IMG/VR virus record: IMGVR_UViG_3300031718_000011
Span: 1 to 60,890 of that record
From: a virus
Taxonomy: Duplodnaviria > Caudoviricetes
DNA length: 60,890 nt
Strand: one strand, 5' to 3'
In this document: positions 28,974 through 39,239 of the stretch, piece by piece
Position numbering within the stretch: the first letter of the stretch is position 1
How the letters are laid out: the number at the start of each line of letters is the position of its first letter
The notes under the pieces: model-generated
The model's database searches: none
What the model was told of the DNA's origin: nothing
The model's input: the letters and a program-made list of their open reading frames with translations, nothing else
Made by a program: the position numbers and the translations under genes

Positions 28974-30764
28974 TCACGGCAATGGCCTAATGACCACCGT
29001 CACATCGCCCGTCGCTGTGGCACCCTCCGGCGTCCCGATACGCGCATAAACATTCGGCGTATGCGGAAGATTGGCCAACACATAGGACTGCGTATTACCG
29101 TTGGTTGAGGTAAGACTTTGCGCGTTATTGTTGGTCGCGTCTGCGGTGGCACTAACCGTGATTGCCTGATCCGCCGCCATCGTGAGCGAGCCGCCGCCGG
29201 TCGTACCAAAGACGCCTATCGTGGCGGTCGTGAGCGAATGAGAGGCGTTCGTAATGTAAGCCGTGTTAAACACAAACCGCGTCATGCCCTGCGGCAGCGT
29301 GATCGGCACCGCATTGTCTGTGGTCGCGGAATTGAAATTGACGCCAGTCAAGGTGACATAGATAAAACCCGACGAAACTAACGACCGCAGAGCCGGCGTC
29401 CCCTCATTCGTATCGTCCGTCGCCAGGTTGGTGAAACTGCAAGCCGCGCTGCCGGGAAATATCGCCGCGCATGCGCTTCCTGCAAAGTTGAGCACCGTTC
29501 CGCTGAATAACGCCCGAGGTCCACTCGTCGTGATCGTGCCACCAATATTGAAAGACGACGACGTAAACCCTTTCAACAACCCACCGTTGATCGCCGATGC
29601 CACATTCGTAAAAGTCCCATTATTGGGAAAATTGAACTGGATTCCAGGATTAACCTGGATAATGCCGGTATTGTCGGCAAGCAACGCCTGTCCGCAATTG
29701 CCGAGGAAGGAACTGGACGCCACATTGAAATTAATAACGGCATTCTTGGTCGCATTGATACAAACCGCACTGGAATTAAATGACCCTATAGTCGTGCCAA
29801 CCACATCGATGATGGAGTGCTCAGATGTCCGCATTGCATTGGCCGCAGACCCCGCATCATCAATCTGAATATCCGTGACCTTGAATTCGCAGCCATCGCC
29901 GGCAAAAACTGCCGTTCCGCCATTTGGCGCGGTCATGTGAACGTTTGTCGGACTAGATGAATTGCCCTGCAAAAATATAAATGGATTACCAAGGACGCCA
30001 CCATTGCAGGCCACTGGATAATTTGCCGCAGCTACAGACGATGTCGGAGCATCTGCAAAAACAATAGTGGCATTAAAACCATTTGAATCATAGTTCTGCG
30101 CTACAACATTGACGGCGTGCTGCCCCGTGAGGAACGGCGCCGTGACCGAAAGCCCGTTGTTACTATCGTTGCCCGCCGAACATGTTTGCCCGTTGCACGG
30201 CTGAGAACTGCTGCTGTTTCCGTTCACATAAAAATTGGTATCGGCCGTGAGCCTTATTCGCGTGCCGCCCGCACCCGAATTCGAGGATAGCGCAACTTGA
30301 TAATTCGAGGAACCATCGGCCACGATAAAGGCCGATTGATTGGTCGTGAGGATTAAAGACGATGCACCGCCGATGGTCGCAAGCGTTGGCGTAATCGTAA
30401 CCGTGCCCGCGCCCAGATTACTGACATAGACATTCCATGGAAAAAACGATCCAGAACCCTGCGGCAGCGTCACTGCAACCGGGCTTGCATTGGCATAGGT
30501 GACGAGTTGTCCATAGTCCGCGACCTGCAGCGTGTCCGCCGTGAGAGTCACCGCCCGGACGCTGGTATATTGCTGGTAGGAATTGACGATATTATTGAGG
30601 CATTGGCGCTGGATTGCCGGCGTAATCAGTCCGGAATTGTTATCGGGAAAACAACTCGCGATCTGCGTCATGACCGCAGATTTTGTCATCTGGGCAGATG
30701 ACGGGAGCGCCCCGATCAACACAAATACAAAAGCGGCGACAGCCGCTAATGTGCGCTTCATCAT
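28974..30764 (-). CDS. Tailspike/tail-fibre-like beta-rich protein with a Sec signal peptide
   Basis: MMKRTLAAVAAFVFVLIGALPSSA|QM. It has RL.ADTNFYV...GNDSNNGLS...PFLT.QHAV (beta-helix entry motif) and 10 mature Cys. Confidence 0.7.
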   Translation of the reverse strand: MMKRTLAAVAAFVFVLIGALPSSAQMTKSAVMTQIASCFPDNNSGLITPAIQRQCLNNIVNSYQQYTSVRAVTLTADTLQVADYGQLVTYANASPVAVTLPQGSGSFFPWNVYVSNLGAGTVTITPTLATIGGASSLILTTNQSAFIVADGSSNYQVALSSNSGAGGTRIRLTADTNFYVNGNSSSSQPCNGQTCSAGNDSNNGLSVTAPFLTGQHAVNVVAQNYDSNGFNATIVFADAPTSSVAAANYPVACNGGVLGNPFIFLQGNSSSPTNVHMTAPNGGTAVFAGDGCEFKVTDIQIDDAGSAANAMRTSEHSIIDVVGTTIGSFNSSAVCINATKNAVINFNVASSSFLGNCGQALLADNTGIIQVNPGIQFNFPNNGTFTNVASAINGGLLKGFTSSSFNIGGTITTSGPRALFSGTVLNFAGSACAAIFPGSAACSFTNLATDDTNEGTPALRSLVSSGFIYVTLTGVNFNSATTDNAVPITLPQGMTRFVFNTAYITNASHSLTTATIGVFGTTGGGSLTMAADQAITVSATADATNNNAQSLTSTNGNTQSYVLANLPHTPNVYARIGTPEGATATGDVTVVIRPLP

Positions 30765-32677
30765 CACCCTCTCCACTGCGCAAGCAACAGCATAGTCGGC
30801 TGCGTGCCAAAGAATGTTGCGCCTCGGGTCCCGGTTACGGTTTCAAGGGCCGTAATCGTCTGCGCACCAATCGTGATCGGCGGCTGATACATTGCGGGCG
30901 GCGACCCACCAATCTCCCAAACTCCACTCCCTGGCAGCGTATCTATCATGACTTGAGCGGTCGTGCCCGAAAATGCCGTCGTGGAATTATAGCCGATACC
31001 GATCTGGCCGAGATCAACCTGGATTCCCACCACCGATGAATTGGATGGAATGATTGTTTGCTGAAACGTCAGGTTTACGGTTTCCTCGGGCAACCCGACA
31101 AAGGTAATCAGGCTGTTTGCCGTGGCATTGTTCGAGGGCCGAATTATCGCCGTCGTATAACCCCAACTTGCCGTGCTATCGCCGACCTGCAAATAAATAG
31201 GAATGCGCCAATAGGCGTTCCACACTCCGAATTTTCTACTCTGTCCCCATGTGCGATAAGCGCTGATCTGACCCGCCGTCGCATCGACCAGAACGGAACC
31301 GACATAGGTGCATTGCAGCGCCGGGATCGTGTAGGTATTCGATCCATTGTTGGCATTGATCGAGAATGCATTGACCCAAATGCCATTCTGTTTTTGCAAT
31401 TGCGGCGATCCCGCCCCCGTACCGCGCGTCGCACTCGCACCGGACGAGGTTGCCCATGCCGGCCCGAACACGGCAACAGGCGTTCCGGCATTGTTGAAAA
31501 TGCAGGCATCGTAAGCCGTATTCGACGCTTGAGCCGACGACGACACCGCAAGCGTCAATTCCGGAAACACCAGAATTGAAAACGACGATCCATTCCAGAT
31601 CGGAATTTGATTCCCGACATAAGGACTATAATAAACCGTCGTCGCCGCCGTAATATCGTTAGGACCTTGAACAGGTCCTCCGCTAGCGGCATTTTGCAAC
31701 GTCAAATAGCCTTGCGGCGGCTGCACGGGTGCCGCAGATGCCGATGGCTGCACCAGATTGATGATATGAAAATTCTGTTGCGTCGCCGAGAAAGAAACGT
31801 AAACGACATTCGACGGAGAATTCGCGACAATCTCACCGCCCGTCAAAGCTTCCGCGCCTGCGGACGTGTCTTTCAAGATCGAATATGTTCCAAATCCAGA
31901 CGGCGTAAGCGTCGTCGCGCCGGTATTTGTCGATAACGGGATGAAGCCGATGATCTGTCCATCGATTCCAGCGAACGCCGTATCGACCACAGTGATTGCA
32001 TTCGGGGTGCCGCCCGCGAGATTGGCCCAATACGGATTGTTCTGATTCGTTGAAGCGGTAAGCTGATCCCAGATCGTGTTGCCGAGTGAGTCTTGCAGAA
32101 CCTGACGGTAAATTCCCGAGCCATAGACGATGGCACAGCCATTGGCATCGAGTTGAACCGGATTCGTATTTTGGTGATTCGAGGCTTGATCGGCGTTGAA
32201 CCAAGTTTGTTTGAACGTCGAAGTGTTTGGAACGTAATAGGCGACCGTGCCGCCGGCCAAGGATTGGTTGATGTAGACGCTTGAGATCGGGACCGAAAAG
32301 CCCGTCACGTTGCCGATGGTCGAAGGGACAGCGGAAAGGACGTTTCCAACCATAAATTGCTTGCCGGGGTTGAGGATGGTTACCGCCGTAACCGCCCCTC
32401 CCGAAACTGTGATATTGGCCGTGGCGCCAGTGCCGTTGCCGCCCGTCAGGGCTACGCCGCCATAGGTACCGTTCGTACCCCCGGAACCGCCCGTGATCGG
32501 GCCTAGGAGGCCCACAAAGCCCGTGCCGGTGCCTCCTGGTCCCCCACTTGTGGGGCTCAACCCGACAAAACACGATTCGGCGAGAGGTAGCAGGGTAGCT
32601 TGTGCATATGCCTTTTGAGGCGCAAACCACGATAGCGCCAGCGCAAGGATGATGCTAAGATGGCCGAATCTTTTCAC
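30764..32677 (-). CDS. Tail fibre/tailspike with a virion-attachment domain and a Sec signal peptide
   Basis: GTG start with GAGG RBS, MKRFGHLSIILALALSWFAPQKAYA|QA. LAGG.V.YY.P.T...K.TW...NTNPV.LDANG.A..YG.G.YRQ...D..GN.IWD podoviral tailspike anchor. Confidence 0.75.
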   Translation of the reverse strand: MKRFGHLSIILALALSWFAPQKAYAQATLLPLAESCFVGLSPTSGGPGGTGTGFVGLLGPITGGSGGTNGTYGGVALTGGNGTGATANITVSGGAVTAVTILNPGKQFMVGNVLSAVPSTIGNVTGFSVPISSVYINQSLAGGTVAYYVPNTSTFKQTWFNADQASNHQNTNPVQLDANGCAIVYGSGIYRQVLQDSLGNTIWDQLTASTNQNNPYWANLAGGTPNAITVVDTAFAGIDGQIIGFIPLSTNTGATTLTPSGFGTYSILKDTSAGAEALTGGEIVANSPSNVVYVSFSATQQNFHIINLVQPSASAAPVQPPQGYLTLQNAASGGPVQGPNDITAATTVYYSPYVGNQIPIWNGSSFSILVFPELTLAVSSSAQASNTAYDACIFNNAGTPVAVFGPAWATSSGASATRGTGAGSPQLQKQNGIWVNAFSINANNGSNTYTIPALQCTYVGSVLVDATAGQISAYRTWGQSRKFGVWNAYWRIPIYLQVGDSTASWGYTTAIIRPSNNATANSLITFVGLPEETVNLTFQQTIIPSNSSVVGIQVDLGQIGIGYNSTTAFSGTTAQVMIDTLPGSGVWEIGGSPPAMYQPPITIGAQTITALETVTGTRGATFFGTQPTMLLLAQWRG

Positions 32678-32729
32678 GGCCGCCTCGATTGTGGGGCGGT
32701 TTTTGGTTGGGTCATGAGAGGACAAACCA

Positions 32730-33715
32730 TGTTTGAGGCATCGGAGTCAGCGCCAGCCGGTTATTCCATTCGGCGGTTAATGGAGTACAAGGTTGGAGAA
32801 GATCAAACAATTTCCGAAGACGACATTGCCAATATTGCCCAGATACGATTTGCGCGATGCCGAAACTATGTAGCCGAAGCCGATCAAGAGCGATTGCGAT
32901 TCGCGATCCAGGTCGCGGGCAGCCAATGGGGCAAAACCGCAACCGCAGACGAAATAATCGCAGCCATTGAAGGTGCGGGCTTTCAGATAACCAGGGCGAA
33001 AACCTTATGAACATTGAAAACATAAAATACCGCGTGCAACTACCTCCCGACCTTAGGTGGTCGGAATGGCGCACATTGGATGAACCGACAACCGAACCGC
33101 TCATTCTGTCTGTTCAACTTTCCGAACAGGTTTCATTGGAGCAATATAATCAAGAGATTGCCCCTAAACTTAATAAACTCATCGGCTGAATGGTGACCGA
33201 TGACCCTCTCGCTTTTCGCTCCCCTCACATGACACAGATTCCACACTGAGTTTCAATCCATGCAATTCAATTGGTGGATGATCGCAGCCTACATCATCGG
33301 CCCCGTGGCGGAAGGTATCCATCGCGGCTTTCAACAGCATTATGGCCTCAACGTCACAGACGGAGCGCGGCGCAAAACGCTTGCGCGATTGGAGGCCGAA
33401 TACTGGTCAACACAAGCCGACGATGGCCCCGAACGCCGCTCGCAATGGTGGCCGCAGATCGATCCTCTCCCGCCGCTTGAGAATTTTCCCGCGCTTGCTG
33501 GCACGCTCCAAAACCTCATTGCAGAGTCCCGCCAAGATTGGGCACGGTTGAGAAATTCCCACGCAAGCGCGCCGTTTCCGCACCCGGACCGGCAATCAAA
33601 AGTCCTGATAACGCCCGCGCCCGCGCACCACTATTTGCCGCAGTCCCGCGCGACAACGCCTCGGATCGGATTGCATCAAGCAAGCTCGATAGACCGGGAC
33701 CCTCGCGCTGAGTAA
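32730..33715 (+). other. Three small antisense ORFs inserted in the late operon (moron-like)
   Basis: ORFs ending at 33010, 33189 and 33715 on the + strand between minus-strand virion genes. Confidence 0.45.
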
Positions 33716-36161
33716 GCAGCGGCGCGATTTGCTGCCGGGCGCCCGCATAACTCGCATTCCTGCCGCCCTGCAAAACCGTCGAAGGCCGCAGCGCGTCAAT
33801 CCAGGCAGGCGGAATGATCGACAGCGGTTCCGTCAAACTCGGATTCCAGTGTGGAATTGCCGGTGCCTCAAGTGCATTCATCGCGGCCGTGCGCGGCGCC
33901 GTTGGCGAGCCGGCGCGTGGATTCACATAGCGTGCCTGACCGGACAAATATTCCTGTTGCTGCATGGTATCAATCAACGTTTGCGCCTTGGTATCGCCAA
34001 GCATGAGCCGCAGCTTTTCCTGATTATTAGGTGCCAAGAACTTATTGCGCAGCGCCGTATCGCCATTCGCGGTCGAACCCATGACTTGATCGGCCGCGTT
34101 GCGCAGCCCCACAAGCCGCGCCTGCAATTCCGGCCCATTCAACGTGCGAAGCTCTTGACGCAATTCATCGACTGATGTTCCCGCGCGGCCACCCAGGAAT
34201 GCATCCTGTCCTGCCGAAATCTGATCCAGCAACGAACTGCGGTCGGCAAATTCAGAGCGCGCCTGATTCCATACTTGCCCTGCAGGCGTTTTGCCAATTT
34301 CGTTAATTAGTTCGTTTTTCATGCCAATGAGGGCGGCAGCGCGAGTTTTGTTGCCGCCGGCATAAGCTGCCTCGATCTTGGAATCCAATCCGCGCTTGAC
34401 CAAATCCCATGTTTCAGTGGTCGGAAAATCTTTCTGCTGACCCGTGGTGAAGAAATTCCGATTCATCGGCCGTCCGGTCGCGTTTGACAAGAATTCCGCC
34501 TCATCGAAGGCACCGACCTTATCGAGCCGCGGAATCATATCCTTCAAGGCCTGCGTCGGATGGACCTGCATCGTTCGCCATTGATTGTAAAGCGGATCGG
34601 CCGCCGCGCTCCGGTTTTCGGTAATCGCATTCCTGAAATCCTCGATATCGACTTTGTTGCCGATATTGCGATCCAATGCGGTTTCAATCACGCCGCGTTG
34701 CGCTGCCTGTCTTGTGCGATAGGCTTCGCCGACAACAGAGCTTGCGGGAGGCTCTGCCCGGTTGGCGATTCCCGCTGCCAATTCCGTCATGGCGGGATTC
34801 AAATCCGCGAGAAACCCATGCGGACCCATGCGTGTCCGCGCCGCAGCAAGCGAGCCAGGCGTTTCGTTGGCCATCGCCGTCGAAAGCCAATTGCGTGCGA
34901 TGGGATTAACATTGGCCAACGGCCCCTGACCGCCGCGCGCCGCATTTAAACCAGCGCCGACGGCGCCGCCGATGCCTTCCGCAAGCAATGGCCCGCCTGC
35001 CCCGAACGCACCGCCGACTTCCGCCCCGGTAATCGGGTCTTGACCGCGCAAGGCCGCATCGGCAGCACCAATACCAGCACCACCAAGCGCACCACTATAA
35101 AACCGCGCGCCAAGCGTTGATCCCATAGTGCCGAGCGCCCGCCCGCCAAGACTCGTCATGGCCACCGGACCCGTAACCAGCGCCCCACCCAACAGATTCC
35201 CAGCCGTCGAAAGCAGCGGATGTTGCTGATTATAAATTTCCTGCGCGCGTTGATCTATATTCCAATCGCGGGAGAACCTTTCTCCATAACTCAGTCCCGG
35301 ATTGGCGCCGGATAACGGATCAAGCGCCGCCCCCGCCGCCGACGTGGCCATACTGACCGCGGGCCCAACAATCGGCATTCCCTCCGCAATCGCGCTCGGA
35401 ACGCCCAATGTTTTCGCGCGCTGTTGTGCCACCGCTTCCTGCTCCGCAGGCAATCGCGAAGGCAGATCGGCAGGCGTGAACTGCGGCGGCAATGTTCCTT
35501 TTGCAACCGGAGCATTGGAGCCAATCCCAAGCGCCCGCGCCGTTGCCGCAATATCATCATCGTTCACATTGGAGAACGCAGGCGGCGGCGGATCGCTTGC
35601 GGTTCTCTGACGGGGAATCACAATCTGCGGCCTCCCGGACGCGGAAGCTTGGGGCACGGAACTAATACCAAGCGCACGCGCCGTTTCCCCAATATCGTCT
35701 TGCGAGGGTATGCCGAATTGAGACTGGGGCACCGGACCATTCGGCGCATAAAAAGCATGGCCGCCGATTTTGGCAGTCGGCTGGCCCTGCGCCCAATCCG
35801 GCAACCGTCCATTTTGCGCCATGACAATCGACGGATTCAAATAATGATCGGCCCCTCCGGTCGAATCGGGAATGTCGCCCTTCCACACCGAATCGACAAG
35901 TCCCGCCGCTTTTTGATAGTCACCGTTTTTTGTAGACCAGCGCGACGGAGAATTCGGGTCGGTTCGCGGCAACGACCACGCTGAAAACTGATTCGGCGCC
36001 AACACAACATCGGATGGCGAGCCGCCATATTGTCCGGATGACAAACGATTCTTGATGACAGAGGCGACAGCGGCCATGCCCGCATCGCCATCCTTTCCAG
36101 CTTCGGAAAGAACGGTTCGCGTAATCAAATCGCGATCCTGCGGCGACAGATCGTCCGCCAT
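33516..36161 (-). CDS. Internal virion/ejection protein with an N-terminal SleB (Hydrolase_2) cell-wall hydrolase
   Basis: TVLSEA....GM.AVA.VI.NR...NQFS.W...TGGA.HY.NP...W.....KIG.H.FY. Large helical C-terminus. Confidence 0.85.
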   Translation of the reverse strand: MADDLSPQDRDLITRTVLSEAGKDGDAGMAAVASVIKNRLSSGQYGGSPSDVVLAPNQFSAWSLPRTDPNSPSRWSTKNGDYQKAAGLVDSVWKGDIPDSTGGADHYLNPSIVMAQNGRLPDWAQGQPTAKIGGHAFYAPNGPVPQSQFGIPSQDDIGETARALGISSVPQASASGRPQIVIPRQRTASDPPPPAFSNVNDDDIAATARALGIGSNAPVAKGTLPPQFTPADLPSRLPAEQEAVAQQRAKTLGVPSAIAEGMPIVGPAVSMATSAAGAALDPLSGANPGLSYGERFSRDWNIDQRAQEIYNQQHPLLSTAGNLLGGALVTGPVAMTSLGGRALGTMGSTLGARFYSGALGGAGIGAADAALRGQDPITGAEVGGAFGAGGPLLAEGIGGAVGAGLNAARGGQGPLANVNPIARNWLSTAMANETPGSLAAARTRMGPHGFLADLNPAMTELAAGIANRAEPPASSVVGEAYRTRQAAQRGVIETALDRNIGNKVDIEDFRNAITENRSAAADPLYNQWRTMQVHPTQALKDMIPRLDKVGAFDEAEFLSNATGRPMNRNFFTTGQQKDFPTTETWDLVKRGLDSKIEAAYAGGNKTRAAALIGMKNELINEIGKTPAGQVWNQARSEFADRSSLLDQISAGQDAFLGGRAGTSVDELRQELRTLNGPELQARLVGLRNAADQVMGSTANGDTALRNKFLAPNNQEKLRLMLGDTKAQTLIDTMQQQEYLSGQARYVNPRAGSPTAPRTAAMNALEAPAIPHWNPSLTEPLSIIPPAWIDALRPSTVLQGGRNASYAGARQQIAPLLTQREGPGLSSLLDAIRSEALSRGTAANSGARARALSGLLIAGPGAETARLRGNFSTVPNLGGTLQ

Positions 36162-36162
36162 T

Positions 36163-37473
36163 TCATTTGCTCATATCGTAATTGATCCAACCCTGCTTTC
36201 GCGCAACGGTCGCATTGTAGAGGAACTTTTGTTGCTCTTGCGGGTCCATTTGCTGGACATAGGCCTTGCGTTCCGTCGGCGCCAGATATTTGAACTGAAA
36301 GACGCGCGGGTCGAAGTGATTATTGAAGTCCTGCGAGAATTGGCGATAGGACGCATTCGGATCGGCGCTCGAGCGCGCCAGCCATGCGGTATTCTTGGCC
36401 TGCAGAGCGTCCTCATTGCCTTTGAGCAGACGAATGATTCCTTTATTGCCCAGCGTCGAAAGCGTCTCGTTTGGCGAGGTTTCAAATGCAGACGAAAACT
36501 TCGCATCCGTTCCCGTGCCGCCGATGGACTGGAACTGCTGCTGCGCAAGCTGCATCGCCTGCTTGTTGAATTCCTGCTGTGACGCAATCGACTTGGGATC
36601 GAATTGCCATCCGTTCGGCAGCGGCACGTTGCGATTGACGAAGGCTTTCGCCACCATCGACCAATCCGCGCCAGGACCTGCCGTGAATTTATCGACGGCG
36701 TTGTCAAGATTGCCGAGAATGCCGATTCGCGATGGCGAGCCTTCGGCTGCATCCGCGAGACCGCCGGCAAGTTTTGTATCGAGCGCCGCCGCGCCCGCCT
36801 GGCGCTCGCCAAAGCCGGGAGGCGGCGCAGTTTGGACCTGTCCCGGCATGCCTCCCGGCGCACCATATCCAGCCGCACCCAACGGCATTTGCGTCGGCGC
36901 GCCAGTCTCAGTCGGGGGCCCTTGAATTCTTTGCGCAGCATTAGCCGCACCCATGACGCGGTTCTGCGTATTCACAAGCCCAGATTTGATGCCGCCCGGA
37001 TCGCTCAAAATCCCGCCGATCACCGAATTAATTGCGCCAGACGAAAGAATATTTGGATTGGTATTACGAGCCAAACTCACCGCATCGTTTAAAATGTCCT
37101 CTTTCGTTACGTTTGGCTGATTCGCCCGCGAAGCCAGCCATTGCTGCACGAATCCACTCTGTTTCGCATATTGATCGAATGACGCCGTATCGTTTGAGAT
37201 CATCTGCCCATGCTGCGCCAGCATATTGCTCGTCGCCTCAGGCAGCACAAATCCCGCATTCGGATCGTTCTTGAGCGTCGTCGCAACCTTGCCGAGATCG
37301 ACCGTGCCATCCGGATTGAGCGCCCCCTGATAGGCCTGCCCGAGCGCCTGTTTCGCCGCGAATGTCTTGGCCAATTGCGCCGCCGCAACGAAGCCGTAAA
37401 GCTTCGAAGGATCGCTGAGAATGCCCTGTTGCGGCTGAGGCGGCGCGGGATAAAGCGCAGATGCGTCCGGCAT
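36163..37473 (-). CDS. Ejection protein (P22 gp20-like position)
   Basis: Ala/Gln/Gly-rich helical protein between the gp7-like gene and the large ejection gene. Confidence 0.6.
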   Translation of the reverse strand: MPDASALYPAPPQPQQGILSDPSKLYGFVAAAQLAKTFAAKQALGQAYQGALNPDGTVDLGKVATTLKNDPNAGFVLPEATSNMLAQHGQMISNDTASFDQYAKQSGFVQQWLASRANQPNVTKEDILNDAVSLARNTNPNILSSGAINSVIGGILSDPGGIKSGLVNTQNRVMGAANAAQRIQGPPTETGAPTQMPLGAAGYGAPGGMPGQVQTAPPPGFGERQAGAAALDTKLAGGLADAAEGSPSRIGILGNLDNAVDKFTAGPGADWSMVAKAFVNRNVPLPNGWQFDPKSIASQQEFNKQAMQLAQQQFQSIGGTGTDAKFSSAFETSPNETLSTLGNKGIIRLLKGNEDALQAKNTAWLARSSADPNASYRQFSQDFNNHFDPRVFQFKYLAPTERKAYVQQMDPQEQQKFLYNATVARKQGWINYDMSK

Positions 37474-38075
37474 TATTGCTGCCCTCCCGCATAGTGCTGT
37501 GCCATCGTTCCGTGCATCGTTTCCAGGTGATTCTCCGGGTCACTCTCATCGCTATGGAGCGCATTTTCCAGATCGTAGTTTCCGGTTCCCATTGCCGATT
37601 GCCGATGATGATCCAACACCGCCGCCTGCGCTTGCACCGTCTGCGCATAGTGATTCGCAGCCCATTGAGCCTGCTGATAGGGAGCATCCGGAACGGAAGC
37701 AAGCTGACTGACGGCAGCGGCCGGCGGAATGATTCGCTCGGCAACAAGCTTGGTCATACCATCGATGATGGTGGATTTCAGATTGGCTTTGCCCAAATCC
37801 GGATTTTGCAAAAGCCCCTTCAATTCTCCCAGCACGGCATTGAAATGCCGCAGCGCAGCGACCGTCTGCCCATGGGTGGGCGCTGGCGCTTGTTGCGGTC
37901 CAGGTTGCTGCATTCCCGATCCTTGCGGAGCCACAGCACCACCTTGCGGCATCGGCGATTGCTGCTGCTGTCCGGCTAACATGGGAGGCGGCGGCGGCAA
38001 AGCGCCGGCAGAAAGTGCCGCACCGCGCGAGCGCGGAGAGGAACCGGCAGACAAGGCGTTTTGATTCGCGGCCAT
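37473..38075 (-). CDS. Hypothetical virion-associated protein
   Basis: Coupled ORF in the ejection-protein cluster. Confidence 0.55.
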   Translation of the reverse strand: MAANQNALSAGSSPRSRGAALSAGALPPPPPMLAGQQQQSPMPQGGAVAPQGSGMQQPGPQQAPAPTHGQTVAALRHFNAVLGELKGLLQNPDLGKANLKSTIIDGMTKLVAERIIPPAAAVSQLASVPDAPYQQAQWAANHYAQTVQAQAAVLDHHRQSAMGTGNYDLENALHSDESDPENHLETMHGTMAQHYAGGQQ

Positions 38076-38081
38076 TGATTT

Positions 38082-38774
38082 TTATGTGCCCTTGCTGCCG
38101 CTCATGTAAATTCCCGATCCTCCGCTCCCGCCGCCCAGAATTCTGCTCAACAGGAGAGCATTTCCGATTGAGCTCGTCGCACCCTGAAGTCCTCCAGCTA
38201 AAGCATTCGCAGAACCTAAAGTGCCCTGCGCCTCCGATTGTCCGATCCCTGTAAGGGTGCCGCCAATGGTATTACTCGCGGCCGAACCCGCGCCACTGAG
38301 GGCCCCCGCAGCACCCGTGGCAATATTGCCGCCGGATGAAAACAGCCCCAACAACGAATTGACAATATTGCCATAGCCCTGCTGCGCAAGTCCCGTCGCG
38401 AAATTGGCACCGGCCGTGAGCGTATTGCCCCCTAGTCCCGTCGTCGTCCCGATATTCTGGACGGCTTTTTGCCCCCAATCCTGAGCGAACGTAAATCCCG
38501 GAATCTGCGAAAGCGTCTGGGTCATATTGGCACCAGGCGTCAACAGTTTCTGCAGTGTCGAAAGCGCGCCGCTCGCAGCACCGGTCCCAAGCCCTATGAT
38601 CGGCTGAATTGCGGACTGTTCGGTATTCCAAATTCCTTCCTGTTGACTCAGTGCCTGTTGACCCAAAGCCACTTGCTGCGCTGAGGCCTTACTGGCGGCG
38701 CTCGATCCAAGCAAAGCGCCGCCGATGGAGCCTATCGCCCCAAGTCCCCCGCCGATTGCCGCACCGACCGGCAT
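38082..38774 (-). CDS. DNA transfer/ejection protein (P22 gp7-like)
   Basis: Gly/Ala-rich N-terminus, PG..F....G..A..N......L.G..L...A.GLA.Q pattern. Confidence 0.7.
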   Translation of the reverse strand: MPVGAAIGGGLGAIGSIGGALLGSSAASKASAQQVALGQQALSQQEGIWNTEQSAIQPIIGLGTGAASGALSTLQKLLTPGANMTQTLSQIPGFTFAQDWGQKAVQNIGTTTGLGGNTLTAGANFATGLAQQGYGNIVNSLLGLFSSGGNIATGAAGALSGAGSAASNTIGGTLTGIGQSEAQGTLGSANALAGGLQGATSSIGNALLLSRILGGGSGGSGIYMSGSKGT

Positions 38775-38783
38775 CTGTGATTC

Positions 38784-39239
38784 TCAATTTCCGTAAGAAT
38801 GAAACTGCGTCGCCTGCCAGCACTGAAAACATCGCAACTTCCCAGCGCCAAGAACATACGGCATTCCAGCACCCAGCGCATCTATTTGCGTTTGCGCATT
38901 GGGCGGATACACATTTTTATTCGTAGCCGTCCCGTTAAATACCCAGATATCGTTACCGGGTTGAAGATCGAGCGCGGAGGCAATTGCGACTCCGGAATTC
39001 GCCGGCCCCCCCTCGATATCGTTCCAGTCCGCTGTAAGTTGGAAGGCATCATTAATCGCAATTCCCGCTGCAGTCACCGTAGGATTGCTGACTTTCGGTA
39101 CAATACCGGTGCCGGCGCCAGTCCTAGTATCGATTGCCTGCAGCCATCCCCGACCGTAAGAAGTTGTCGGAATGCCGGTTTGTGGATCGACCAAAGGGGC
39201 GCGGCCATTAAATAATCCTTGCGGATGAAGAATGCTCAT
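38784..39239 (-). CDS. Small tail/virion protein, paralogous to 41839..42300 but without a signal peptide
   Basis: Shared TAAG.....A.QL.......SGV.L..PG....V.N......VYP.....I pattern. Confidence 0.6.
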   Translation of the reverse strand: MSILHPQGLFNGRAPLVDPQTGIPTTSYGRGWLQAIDTRTGAGTGIVPKVSNPTVTAAGIAINDAFQLTADWNDIEGGPANSGVAIASALDLQPGNDIWVFNGTATNKNVYPPNAQTQIDALGAGMPYVLGAGKLRCFQCWQATQFHSYGN

